Source: Candidatus Cryptobacteroides avistercoris (GTDB lineage: Bacteria; Bacteroidota; Bacteroidia; Bacteroidales; UBA932). Taken from it: DNA of 64,000 nucleotides. The notes beneath the pieces were generated by a model that saw nothing but the letters and a program-made list of their open reading frames with translations, was not told the origin of the DNA and made no database searches. Both the position numbers and the translations under genes were made by a program. Below, piece after piece: positions 1 through 8,029 of the stretch; the stretch's first letter is position 1; every line of letters begins with the position of its first letter. Where the stretch lies: positions 56,703 through 120,702 of the forward strand of contig JADILW010000066.1 of assembly GCA_017695095.1 (NCBI GenBank), given 5' to 3'.

Positions 1-788
1 AGGATGTTGAACGCGCTCCATGCGCGGGCGTCGCAGCCGCGGGCGCCGCCGAAGGTCAGAGGGTTGTAGGCGTCGCGGAAGCTGAATTCGGCGTCCTCGC
101 CGTCAAACCACCCCTTCTCGCGGGCGAAGCTGATCACGTCTGGCGCATAGAGGCAGTTCTCGGGGTCGTCGAGGGGGAAGGTGGTGATGCGGGCCTGGTT
201 GGCGTGGGCGCAGATGTAGCCGTCGGGGATTCTGCGGGCCACCCATACGATGCCCTTGTCGTCCGGCCCCTTGCCCACGAGGTCCATGACCCAGGCTTCC
301 TCAGTGTCGGCTATCGAGAAGGTCTCGCCGCTGGAGGGGTAGCCGTAGGTGTTGGCGAGCTCGACTATGGTCTCTATGGCCTCCCGTGCGGTCTTCGCGC
401 GCTGCAGGGTCACGTAGATCAGCGAGCCGTAGTCCATGATTCCGTCGGGGTCGGAGAGTTCTTCAGGGCCGCCCCAGGTGGTCTCGGCTATGATGAGCTG
501 GTGTACGTTCATGTTGCCTGCGGTCTGGTAGGTGCTGGCCGCCTGGGGGATGCTTCCGAGCGGGCGCTGGGTGTCCCATTCGCGGATGCTGAGCATGCTT
601 CCGGGACGGAAGGTTCCGGCGGGGGTGAAGTAGAGCTCCCCGTATAGGGTGTGGGAGTCGGCGGCGTAGGAGACCATGCTGGAGCCGTCGGCGCTGGCTC
701 CCGGGGTCACGATCACGTTGGTGCATGCTTCCGAGCGGTTTCCGCAAAGAAGCGCGGCCGAGATGAGCAGGGGCAGAAATTTTCTCAT
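1..788 (-). CDS. C69 family dipeptidase, N-terminal ~262 codons (3' end lies beyond the window start)
   Basis: My own reverse-strand translation from ATG at 788-786 gives MRKFLPLLISAALLCGNRSEACTNVIVTPGASADGSSMVSYAADSHTLYGELYF... This is a signal peptide followed by the Cys nucleophile context typical of peptidase C69. The frame appeared open down to position 1 in my manual read. It is absent from the supplied ORF track because it is truncated. Confidence 0.8.
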   Translation of the reverse strand, partial: MRKFLPLLISAALLCGNRSEACTNVIVTPGASADGSSMVSYAADSHTLYGELYFTPAGTFRPGSMLSIREWDTQRPLGSIPQAASTYQTAGNMNVHQLIIAETTWGGPEELSDPDGIMDYGSLIYVTLQRAKTAREAIETIVELANTYGYPSSGETFSIADTEEAWVMDLVGKGPDDKGIVWVARRIPDGYICAHANQARITTFPLDDPENCLYAPDVISFAREKGWFDGEDAEFSFRDAYNPLTFGGARGCDARAWSAFNI

Positions 789-805
789 TTTATCTGATTT
801 TATAT

Positions 806-813
806 TAAATTTG
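806..813 (+). promoter_or_regulatory. Bacteroidota-type -7 promoter box TAAATTTG
   Basis: Exact match to TAnnTTTG, followed by CAG, 22 nt upstream of the ATG at 835. Confidence 0.4.
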
Positions 814-834
814 CAGATTGTGAATTACAAATCT

Positions 835-1230
835 ATGAAATTTTTCGGTATTACACTTATGCTGCTTCTTCCCCTGGGACTCTGGGCCCAGCAGTCGCCG
901 CAGGACGAGGAGAAGCAGTTCAGGCAGGCTATCGACACTCAGATCGAGGAGTACACCAATCTTCTCGACCTCGAGTACTGGCAGGTGTTCTATCTGGACT
1001 CGATAATGACCCACGACTACACCGCGATGCGCGACGAGATCCAGGACCTCTCGAAGGCCAGGGTCAGCAACAGCGACGTCTACCAGCGCGTGCAGGACAA
1101 GTGGATGGAGCAGATGTACCAGTCGTTCAGCAAGGTGTTTAACGAAGAACAATGGGACAAGTACCTCAAGGCCGGCGCCCAGAGGGACAAGAGGCTGCGC
1201 GACAAGCGCGAGGCAAAAAGACAGCAGTAA
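835..1230 (+). CDS. hypothetical secreted protein (131 aa)
   Basis: Internal ATG of track ORF 676..1230. Starts MKFFGITLMLLLPLGLWAQQ (signal peptide). Charged, probably helical C-terminus. No family recognised. Confidence 0.6.
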   Translation: MKFFGITLMLLLPLGLWAQQSPQDEEKQFRQAIDTQIEEYTNLLDLEYWQVFYLDSIMTHDYTAMRDEIQDLSKARVSNSDVYQRVQDKWMEQMYQSFSKVFNEEQWDKYLKAGAQRDKRLRDKREAKRQQ

Positions 1231-1231
1231 G

Positions 1232-2269
1232 ATGAAAAGAGAAGACATAGACAGGATAATCGCCGAGCTCGGCGAACTCAAGTGCAGGACTCTGAAAGAG
1301 GTTGAGGAGGCCCGTGTGCGCTTCCTCGGCAAGAAGGGCGAGGTGACCGCGCTCTTCGACGAGTTCCACGACGTCAGCAAGGAGATGAAGAAGGAATTCG
1401 GGCGCTCGCTCAACGAACTCAAGAAGACCGTCCAGGCGAAGATCGACGAGCTGCGCAGTTCAGTGGAGGTGGAGGAGGCTTCGGCCGGCTCGGGAACCGA
1501 TCTCACGATGCCGGGCGACGAGTTCGGCCTCGGGTCGCGCCATCCCGTGTCCATTGTCCGTCAGGAGATAGTCGAGATTTTCCGCAAGTTCGGCTACGAC
1601 GTGGCCGAAGGCCCCGAAATCGAGGACGACTACCACGTGTTCGAGGCGCTCAACTTCCCCGACAACCATCCCGCGCGCGACATGCAGGACACGTTCTTCG
1701 TGTCCACCGGACATCCCAACCCGCTGCTGCTGCGCACCCACACCTCCAGCGTCCAGGTCCGCACCATGGAGAAGATGGACGTGCCCATCAGGGTGGTCTG
1801 CCCCGGCCGCGTGTTCCGCAACGAGGCCATCAGCGCCCGCGCCCACTGCATATTCCACCAGATCGAAGGTCTGTATATCGACGAAGGCGTGACTTTCGCC
1901 GACCTCAGGCAGGCGATTCTTCTCTTCGCCAGGGAGATGTTCGGCCCTGAGACCGAGATCCGCATGAGGCCTTCGTACTTCCCCTTCACCGAGCCTTCGG
2001 CCGAAGTCGACGTGAGCTGCAACATCTGCCACGGCAAGGGCTGCAACATCTGCAAGGGGACCGGCTGGCTCGAAATCCTCGGCTGCGGAATGGTCGACCC
2101 CAACGTGCTCGAGGCCAGCGGCATCGACTCGAAGAAGTACAGCGGCTTCGCCTTCGGCATGGGTCTGGAGCGCATCGCGATGCTCAAGTGGAGGGTCAAC
2201 GACCTGCGTCATTATTTCGAAAACGACCTGCGCTTCCTCAAGGAGTTCGAGGCTGCGCCCGAAGTATAG
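1232..2269 (+). CDS. pheS: phenylalanine--tRNA ligase alpha subunit
   Basis: 345 aa with FPDNHPARDMQDTFF and GFAFGMGLERIAML class II synthetase motifs. Confidence 0.95.
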   Translation: MKREDIDRIIAELGELKCRTLKEVEEARVRFLGKKGEVTALFDEFHDVSKEMKKEFGRSLNELKKTVQAKIDELRSSVEVEEASAGSGTDLTMPGDEFGLGSRHPVSIVRQEIVEIFRKFGYDVAEGPEIEDDYHVFEALNFPDNHPARDMQDTFFVSTGHPNPLLLRTHTSSVQVRTMEKMDVPIRVVCPGRVFRNEAISARAHCIFHQIEGLYIDEGVTFADLRQAILLFAREMFGPETEIRMRPSYFPFTEPSAEVDVSCNICHGKGCNICKGTGWLEILGCGMVDPNVLEASGIDSKKYSGFAFGMGLERIAMLKWRVNDLRHYFENDLRFLKEFEAAPEV

Positions 2270-2276
2270 GCTTTAA

Positions 2277-2305
2277 GGGTCCCGCCGGATTGACGCGGCG
2301 GGCCC
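2277..2305 (+). terminator. GC-rich hairpin after pheS
   Basis: GGGTCCCGCCG ... CGGCGGGCCC inverted repeat starting 8 nt after the pheS stop. The following T-tract is weak (GTGTTCTTG). Confidence 0.4.
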
Positions 2306-2337
2306 TGTGTTCTTGAAACCACGTTAAAAACAAGAAA
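2305..2337 (+). promoter_or_regulatory. candidate class I preQ1 riboswitch (H-type pseudoknot) in the yhhQ-queF leader
   Basis: P1 is UGUG (2306-2309) with CACG (2320-2323). The loop is 10 nt, UUCUUGAAAC. The tail is A-rich. P2 pairs loop UUCUUG (2310-2315) with tail CAAGAA (2331-2336), and the AUG is at 2338. Layout and key nucleotides parallel remembered B. subtilis and T. tengcongensis preQ1-I aptamers. The downstream genes are classic preQ1-regulated genes. Confidence 0.5.
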
Positions 2338-3033
2338 ATGTCAAAGTTCAGCACCAGATTCCTGGTGATGGCAGTCGTGTTCGCCGTCTGCCTCATCACA
2401 TCAAATTTCTTCGTACCCAGAGTCTGGCAGGTGGGCGGCCTGCCTCTCCAGCTGTCGGGCGCAGTCCTGCTGTTTCCGATATCCTACATCATCAACGACT
2501 GCCTTACGGAGGTCTACGGCTACCGCAAGGCCAGGCTGGTGATATGGCTTGCCTTCGCGCTCAGCGCCTTCACCGCCGTTATGTCGGGCCTTGTCTGCCT
2601 GCTGCCCGAGCCTTTCGACGAGGGCTCCAAGCCCATGGCCGACAGTTTCAACTCGCTTTTCGGCATGGTCCCGCGCACCACGATTGCCTCGCTGCTGGCC
2701 TTCATCGCCGGCTCCACCGTGAACGCCTGGATCCTCAGCCGGATGAAGGTGGCCACTGGCGGAAAGGCCTTCGGAGTCAGGGCGGTCCTGTCTTCGGTGG
2801 GCGGCGAGCTGGTAGACTCCTGCATTTTCTTCCCCTTCGTGTTCTGGGGAATCATGAGTCCTTCGGTGATAGCCGGAATGGTGTTCACCCAGGTCGTGGT
2901 CAAGACCCTCTACGAGATAGTGATCCTGCCCTTCACCGCGTGGTTCGTGAAGCGCCTGAAGGCCAGGGAGGGAGTCGACACCTACGACCGCGACATTTCC
3001 TACAACCCGTTTAAAATTTCCGACATACAATGA
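2338..3033 (+). CDS. yhhQ: queuosine precursor transporter (YhhQ/VUT, DUF165 family)
   Basis: 231 aa multi-pass membrane protein with the [16 protein letters not shown] motif. Forms an operon with queF. Confidence 0.85.
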   Translation: MSKFSTRFLVMAVVFAVCLITSNFFVPRVWQVGGLPLQLSGAVLLFPISYIINDCLTEVYGYRKARLVIWLAFALSAFTAVMSGLVCLLPEPFDEGSKPMADSFNSLFGMVPRTTIASLLAFIAGSTVNAWILSRMKVATGGKAFGVRAVLSSVGGELVDSCIFFPFVFWGIMSPSVIAGMVFTQVVVKTLYEIVILPFTAWFVKRLKAREGVDTYDRDISYNPFKISDIQ

Positions 3034-3488
3034 GCGACAGAAGCAATGAGGGTCTCCAGTCACTTGGCAGGAAGACCGTCTATAAGGACGACTATGCGCC
3101 CGAGGTGCTCGAAACCTTCGTGAACAAGCATCCCGGCAACGACTACTGGGTCAGGTTCAACTGCCCCGAATTCACCTCGCTGTGCCCCATCACCGGCCAG
3201 CCGGATTTTGCGGAGATACGCATCAGCTACATCCCGGATGTCCGTATGGTGGAGAGCAAGAGCCTGAAGCTCTATCTCTTCAGCTTCCGCAACCACGGCG
3301 ACTTCCACGAGGACTGCGTGAACATCATAATGAAGGACCTCGTGGCGCTGATGGACCCGAAATACATAGAGGTCACGGGCTTCTTCACTCCCCGCGGAGG
3401 CATCTCCATCCACCCCTACGCCAACTACGGCCGCCCGGGCACGAAGTACGAAGAGCTCGCGTGGAAGCGTTTCGCGGAGCACGAATAG
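3030..3488 (+). CDS. queF: NADPH-dependent 7-cyano-7-deazaguanine (preQ0) reductase
   Basis: 152 aa with [17 protein letters not shown] (type I QueF catalytic Cys context). The start overlaps the yhhQ stop (ATGA). Confidence 0.93.
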   Translation: MSDRSNEGLQSLGRKTVYKDDYAPEVLETFVNKHPGNDYWVRFNCPEFTSLCPITGQPDFAEIRISYIPDVRMVESKSLKLYLFSFRNHGDFHEDCVNIIMKDLVALMDPKYIEVTGFFTPRGGISIHPYANYGRPGTKYEELAWKRFAEHE

Positions 3489-3537
3489 GAACTTTTTGAG
3501 GAAATAAGCGTATATTAGTAAGCAAATTGCTTACTGT

Positions 3538-6387
3538 ATGAAAAAGTCAATCTTCGCGGCGCCGCTTCTGGCGGCGCTCCTGTTGTGTCCCGCCGCGGCT
3601 TCGGCGCAGAAAAAGGCGCTCGACCACGACGTCTACGACTCCTGGGAGTCCGTTTCTTCACTGACACTTACCGACGACGGCGGCATCGTGGCCTATCAGG
3701 TCCGTCCGCAGGAGGGCGATGGCCGCCTGGTCTTACACAATCTCAAGACCGGCGCCAAGCTGGAGGTCGAGAGGGGAGGAGGAGTCGTGATCCCCAAGGA
3801 TGCGAAATTCGCGGTGCTTACGATCAAGGCGCCCTTCGCCGAGACCCGTCAGGCGAAGATAGACAAGAAAAAGTCGGACGAGATGCCCCGCGACAGCGTC
3901 GCGGTGGTGGATCTGGGCAGTTTCGAGCTCAGGAACCTGGGTGCGGCGAAGTCTTTCAAGACAGGATATTCTGCGTCTCCCTACGTCTTCGCGGCCCTCT
4001 ATGCTGATTCTGAAGACAAGAAGGACGACAGCAAGGCTTCCGACCTTCTGATGTTCACCACCGCCACCGGCGCCGTGGACACCTTGCGCAACGTGCTGAG
4101 TTTCACCGTGTCCAGGTCGGGGGAGAAGCTGGCCGCGGTCATGGAGGAGGAAGGTCCCGACTCCACCACGGTCAAGTCCGTGAGGTTCTATGACTTCCCC
4201 GCGGGCCTGAATGTCGGCCTTTCGTCCGGCAAGGAGGAATATACGGCCCTCTCTTTCAATGACGCCGACGACAAGCTGCTTTTCACCGCCACCGACGAGG
4301 AGGAGGACAGCGTCGGCACTCCCGCATATTCGATTTTCCTGAGCGAGGAGGTCACGGTCAGCAAGGCCACCCGCCGTGCGCCCGCGGTCAAGAGCGTGAA
4401 CACGACGGAGATACTCTCCGACCATCCTGAAGGGCTCCCGGAGGGCTGGCTGGTCTCCGAGGAGACGAGGCCCCGTTTCTCCAACGCCTCTTCGCGCATA
4501 ATAATGGAACTCTACCGCCACTATCCGCCCAAGGACACCACGGTGGTGGACTTCGAGGCCGCGGGGCTGGACATCTGGGTGTGGGACAGCCTCAACCTCC
4601 CTCCCATGGACAAGGCGGGCAATTTCAGCGAGTCTCTGACCGCGATAGTCAACCTCGACTCTCCCGGCAGGCTGATAGCACTCTCCACGAACCCTGAGGA
4701 CTACATCGACCTCCCCTCCGGCGGAGATGCCGCCTTCGCGATTTCTGCGGACCGCGGCAAATACGCCCTGGCCGACCTCTGGGAGGAGAACAGCACCGCC
4801 GACTATTCAGTCATCGACCTCTCCGACGGCAGCCGCCGCACGATAATCGAGGGCCTCACCGGACAGGTCTCCGTCTCTCCGAGCGGCCGCTATCTCCTGT
4901 GGTTCAACCCCGAGGACGCCGGCTGGTACTGCCGCGACCTCGTCAAGGGCGGGGATTTCGCCGACCTTACCGGCCGGACCGGCTGCGCCTTCTACGACGA
5001 GAAGAACGACATGCCCTGCGGGTATATTCCGGTAAGCAATCCTCTGTGGACTGAGAACGAGGAGTACGTGCTGATTTCCGACCGCTACGACGTATGGCGC
5101 TTCACGCCCGACGGCAGGAAGGCGGTGAACCTGACTGAAGGGGAGGGCCGCAGGACCAGGACCAGCTATTGGGTCACCTCGGTGGAACGCCGTGACAACC
5201 CCTATCTCTATAGCCGCGACATCGAGTTCGCGCTCAATGAGCCGCTGTATCTGACAGCTTTCGGAGAGGAGGACATGCGCAACGGCTTCGCGCTCGCCAG
5301 CGCACGGACGCCCTCGGTTCCGGTGGGCTTCCTTGCCGAGTCCGGATATTCCAGCCCGGTCAAGGCTCCGGACAGCGACGTGATCGTCTATCAGAAGGGT
5401 GACTTCCGCAATCCCATGGATGTCTGGTTCACCGATGACAACTGGGAGAGCGAGACCCAGCTTTCCGACATCAATCCCCAGCAGGCCGACTATCTGTGGG
5501 GCGACGTGCAGCTCGTGAGCTGGGAGGCCTACGACGGAACGCCTCTCAAGGGCATGCTCTACACTCCGGAGAACCTTGACCCCGCGAAGAAATATCCCAT
5601 GCTGATCTACTTCTACGAAGTCAGCTCCAACGAACTTTACTGGTACACGAGCCCGGCCCCCAGCCGCTCGGTGATCAACATACCGTTCTTCGTGAGCAGG
5701 GGCTATGTGGTGTTCGTGCCCGACATAGTCTACAAGGCCGGCCATCCCGGCGAATCTGCCTACAACTGCATCTGCTCCGGCGCCGAAGCCATGTGCCGCC
5801 AGTTCAGCTTCATCGACCGCGACAGGATGGGACTTCAGGGGCAGAGCTGGGGCGGCTACCAGACCGCCTATCTCGTGACGCGCACCGACATGTTCGCGGC
5901 CGCCGGAGCAGGAGCTCCCGTGGGCAACATGACCAGCGCCTACGGAGGAATCCGCTGGGAGTCGGGCAACAGCCGCATCAGCCAGTACGAGCTCGGCCAG
6001 AGCCGCATAGGCAAGACTCTCTGGGAGGACGGCGCCCTCGAACTCTACATCGAAAACTCACCGGTCTTCTTCGCCGACAAGGTCGAGACTCCGGTGCTCA
6101 TCATGCACAACGACGCCGACGGAGCCGTTCCCTGGTACCAGGGCATAGAGTTCTTCATGTCGCTGCGCCGCCTCGGCAAACCGGCCTGGCTGCTGGAGTA
6201 CAACGACGAGGCCCACAATCTCGTGGAGAGACGCAACTGCAAGGACCTTTCGATACGTCTGCAGCAGTTCTTCGACTATTTCCTGATGGGCGCTCCCGAG
6301 CCCGTCTGGATGAAGTCGGGTATCCCCTACGCCCGCAAGGGCAACTATTTCGGCTACGAAAGCGTTGAAGATATAAAAGGAGAATAG
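3538..6387 (+). CDS. S9 family (prolyl oligopeptidase/DPP-like) serine peptidase, secreted
   Basis: 949 aa. Signal peptide MKKSIFAAPLLAALLLCPAAASA. Long beta-propeller-like N-terminal part. C-terminal alpha/beta hydrolase domain with the GQSWGGY nucleophile elbow and downstream NDADGAV and EAHNL. Confidence 0.85.
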   Translation: MKKSIFAAPLLAALLLCPAAASAQKKALDHDVYDSWESVSSLTLTDDGGIVAYQVRPQEGDGRLVLHNLKTGAKLEVERGGGVVIPKDAKFAVLTIKAPFAETRQAKIDKKKSDEMPRDSVAVVDLGSFELRNLGAAKSFKTGYSASPYVFAALYADSEDKKDDSKASDLLMFTTATGAVDTLRNVLSFTVSRSGEKLAAVMEEEGPDSTTVKSVRFYDFPAGLNVGLSSGKEEYTALSFNDADDKLLFTATDEEEDSVGTPAYSIFLSEEVTVSKATRRAPAVKSVNTTEILSDHPEGLPEGWLVSEETRPRFSNASSRIIMELYRHYPPKDTTVVDFEAAGLDIWVWDSLNLPPMDKAGNFSESLTAIVNLDSPGRLIALSTNPEDYIDLPSGGDAAFAISADRGKYALADLWEENSTADYSVIDLSDGSRRTIIEGLTGQVSVSPSGRYLLWFNPEDAGWYCRDLVKGGDFADLTGRTGCAFYDEKNDMPCGYIPVSNPLWTENEEYVLISDRYDVWRFTPDGRKAVNLTEGEGRRTRTSYWVTSVERRDNPYLYSRDIEFALNEPLYLTAFGEEDMRNGFALASARTPSVPVGFLAESGYSSPVKAPDSDVIVYQKGDFRNPMDVWFTDDNWESETQLSDINPQQADYLWGDVQLVSWEAYDGTPLKGMLYTPENLDPAKKYPMLIYFYEVSSNELYWYTSPAPSRSVINIPFFVSRGYVVFVPDIVYKAGHPGESAYNCICSGAEAMCRQFSFIDRDRMGLQGQSWGGYQTAYLVTRTDMFAAAGAGAPVGNMTSAYGGIRWESGNSRISQYELGQSRIGKTLWEDGALELYIENSPVFFADKVETPVLIMHNDADGAVPWYQGIEFFMSLRRLGKPAWLLEYNDEAHNLVERRNCKDLSIRLQQFFDYFLMGAPEPVWMKSGIPYARKGNYFGYESVEDIKGE

Positions 6388-6391
6388 CGCC

Positions 6392-6691
6392 ATGTGGTTC
6401 AGGATGCCTTCAGGGACGCTTGTCAACCTGGACAAGGTCAGCAGAATAGGAATATCGGAGAGAAGTCCTGAAATGCGCACAGGTGCAAGGTACAGGGTGT
6501 ACGCCGTCGACGACTTGACGGACTATACCCTGTATGAATCGGACTCGCTGCAGGACTGCCGCAATATACTTCTGGACTTCGAAAGCGCTCTCGAAGCGGC
6601 GTGCATCGACAGGGACGACGAAGGGAATGACGTGCTGTTCACGATGGACGACGATGATCCGCCGCTCGGCGGCACGTTCAGATTGAGCTGA
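6392..6691 (+). CDS. hypothetical small acidic protein (99 aa)
   Basis: ORF starts 4 nt after the S9 peptidase stop. No recognisable motif. Acidic C-terminus (FTMDDDDPP). Confidence 0.45.
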   Translation: MWFRMPSGTLVNLDKVSRIGISERSPEMRTGARYRVYAVDDLTDYTLYESDSLQDCRNILLDFESALEAACIDRDDEGNDVLFTMDDDDPPLGGTFRLS

Positions 6692-6759
6692 AGCGTCAGC
6701 CTTCCGGCAGAATTCTCTCGTGCGACTGAAAATATTTTTGGAGTTAAACAAAATTTGAC

Positions 6760-6767
6760 TAACTTTG
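6760..6767 (+). promoter_or_regulatory. Bacteroidota promoter: -7 box TAACTTTG with -33 TTTG at 6737-6740
   Basis: TTTG-N19-TAACTTTG lies 41 nt upstream of tRNA-Gly. Confidence 0.5.
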
Positions 6768-6807
6768 CAGTCCATTCATACGGGTTCGTCCTGATGAATG
6801 TGACTTT

Positions 6808-6883
6808 GCGGAAATAGCTCAGTTGGTAGAGCGCAACCTTGCCAAGGTTGAGGTCGCGGGTCCGAGTCCCGTTTTCCGCTCCA
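6808..6883 (+). tRNA. tRNA-Gly (anticodon GCC), CCA encoded
   Basis: Cloverleaf read by eye. Acceptor GCGGAAA/TTTCCGC, D arm GCTCAGTTGGTAGAGC, anticodon loop TTGCCAA, T arm GCGGGTCCGAGTCCCGT, then T-CCA. Confidence 0.93.
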
Positions 6884-7019
6884 CTAAAGGTCATCGGCAA
6901 CGGTGGCCTTTTTTCGTATGTCTCGTTTATGCTGGGGTATAATTGACATTTTTGGTTGGTGAAACCTCTATAACTTGTTAAGATTCTGCAATATAAAGAA
7001 ATTAGATGAAATGCGCTGA

Positions 7020-7072
7020 GGCTATAAGCATCCCTCGCAGGCGGGAATAGCCTGTTCGCGGATGATGTGGCC
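7020..7072 (+). repeat. repeat module A, copy 1 (imperfect ~23 bp-stem hairpin)
   Basis: GGCTATAAGCATCCCTCGCAGGC-GGGAATA-GCCTGTTCGCGGATGATGTGGCC. Near-identical to 18177..18229 in the same orientation. Confidence 0.75.
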
Positions 7073-7108
7073 CTCCGGCGACCCGGCCTTGTCTGCACCT
7101 GTTCGCCC

Positions 7109-7288
7109 GGATTTGTAATCTGCCGCTGATTTCTGAAATTCACCAGCCGCGGCGGAGTCGGCCTGCCGGCAGTATAGGGTTGCGCGGTGGTTCCTACTGC
7201 CGGAGGCCGAGCTCCGCCGGCGGCTGGTTAGACCGGAAACCAACACCAGCGGTGAGCATCGCCGGCGGCAGGCAGCAGATTACAAATC
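7109..7288. repeat. palindromic repeat module B, copy 1 (core hairpin 7146..7224, arms extend to 7109/7288)
   Basis: Core is GCCGCGGCGGAGTCGGCCTGCCGGCAGTA-[TAGGGTTGCGCGGTGGTTCC]-TACTGCCGGAGGCCGAGCTCCGCCGGCGGC. The outer arms ATTTGTAATCTGC (7111-7123) and GCAGATTACAAAT (7275-7287) also pair. Related copies are at 18261..18355 (inverted) and 46687..46765. Confidence 0.8.
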
Positions 7289-7362
7289 ATGCCGGAACCC
7301 GAAGCCAGCCATCTTTGTCATTGTCGCCAACCAAAATGACAATCATACCAGAACTTCTGCCG

Positions 7363-7845
7363 CTACAGCAAAAGTTCGTAATAGCCGAGATCGAGCGGTC
7401 TGCCGAATTTCACTCCGGCGGCTTTCAGGCAGCCGACCTTCTCGAAGCCGAACCTGGAGCACAGTGCCTTGCTGGCTTCGTTGTCGTCCGTGACCAGGCA
7501 GAAAAGCGCCCTGTAGCCGCGTGTGCGGCATTCCTCTATCATCTTTCCCATCAGTTCGCTGCCGATTCCCTTCCCGGTGCTGGACGGCGCGAGGTAGAGC
7601 GAGAGTTCCATGCTGCCCTCGTATGCCGCCCTCTGCCCGAGCCGGTGAGCATAGCAGTAGCCGTCCGCGCAGCCGCCGCTCTCGTGTACGAAGTACGGCC
7701 CCTCCGCAGAGATTTCCTCTATGCGCCGCCGCATCTGCTCCTGGCTCAGCAGCTCCGTCTCGAAGGTGACGGTAGTCGTCAGGATGTAGTGGTTGTATAT
7801 TTCCGTCAGTGCTGCAGCGTCTTCGGGGGTTGCCAGACGTATCAT
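7363..7845 (-). CDS. GNAT family N-acetyltransferase (phosphinothricin/methionine-sulfoximine acetyltransferase-like)
   Basis: 160 aa. MIRLATPEDAAALTEIYNHYILTTTVTFETE... plus a GKGIGSELM acetyl-CoA-binding-type motif. Confidence 0.85.
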   Translation of the reverse strand: MIRLATPEDAAALTEIYNHYILTTTVTFETELLSQEQMRRRIEEISAEGPYFVHESGGCADGYCYAHRLGQRAAYEGSMELSLYLAPSSTGKGIGSELMGKMIEECRTRGYRALFCLVTDDNEASKALCSRFGFEKVGCLKAAGVKFGRPLDLGYYELLL

Positions 7846-7966
7846 AATAACAAAGTCTTTCTCTCGGTAAAAATAACATAAAAGCCGTATACGGACTACG
7901 GATTCCGAAAATATTAAAAGATCTCAGGAGCGGACTCCCGAAAAATCATAATATTTCCGGATAAGC

Positions 7967-8004
7967 AAAAAAAAGAGGGCGGCACCTTGCATGGCGCCGC
8001 CCTC
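7967..8004 (-). terminator. rho-independent terminator of clpB
   Basis: On the minus strand, GAGGGCGGC-loop-GCCGCCCTC is followed by TTTTTTTT, 26 nt past the clpB stop. Confidence 0.8.
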
Positions 8005-8029
8005 CCCGGGGTTTCCGCAGGTCGCGGAA

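Noticed and set aside
641-663. GTATAGGGTGTGGGAGTCGG inside the C69 gene, which resembles the start of the module B loop (GTATAGGGTTGCGCGG).
   Set aside because: It is only a 9 nt exact match, lies within coding sequence and has no flanking inverted arms. I treat it as chance.
204-747. Track ORFs 204..647 (+) and 463..747 (-) at the window start.
   Set aside because: The real gene here is the truncated C69 dipeptidase on the minus strand in another frame (start 788). It has a signal peptide and a catalytic Cys context. The two track ORFs have no features of real proteins.
3517-3535. Shared CAAATTG-centred 9-1-9 palindromes (3517..3535 before the S9 peptidase; 10140..10158 before clpB) as a common operator motif.
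   Set aside because: Only the central 7 nt are shared and the outer arms are unrelated. Two instances are not enough, and A/T-centred palindromes occur easily in A-rich leaders.
6943-6974. Sigma-70-like TTGACA ... TATAAC pair downstream of tRNA-Gly.
   Set aside because: The spacing is 20 nt rather than 17 plus or minus 1. Bacteroidota primary sigma factors use the TTTG/TAnnTTTG motif instead. No gene follows.
7146-7224. Idea that the module B hairpins are integron attC sites or a CRISPR-like array.
   Set aside because: I could not find the attC core or inverse-core sites (GTTRRRY / RYYYAAC), an integron integrase or a cassette array. The three copies are 11 kb and 28 kb apart, not regularly spaced with short spacers, and there are no cas genes.
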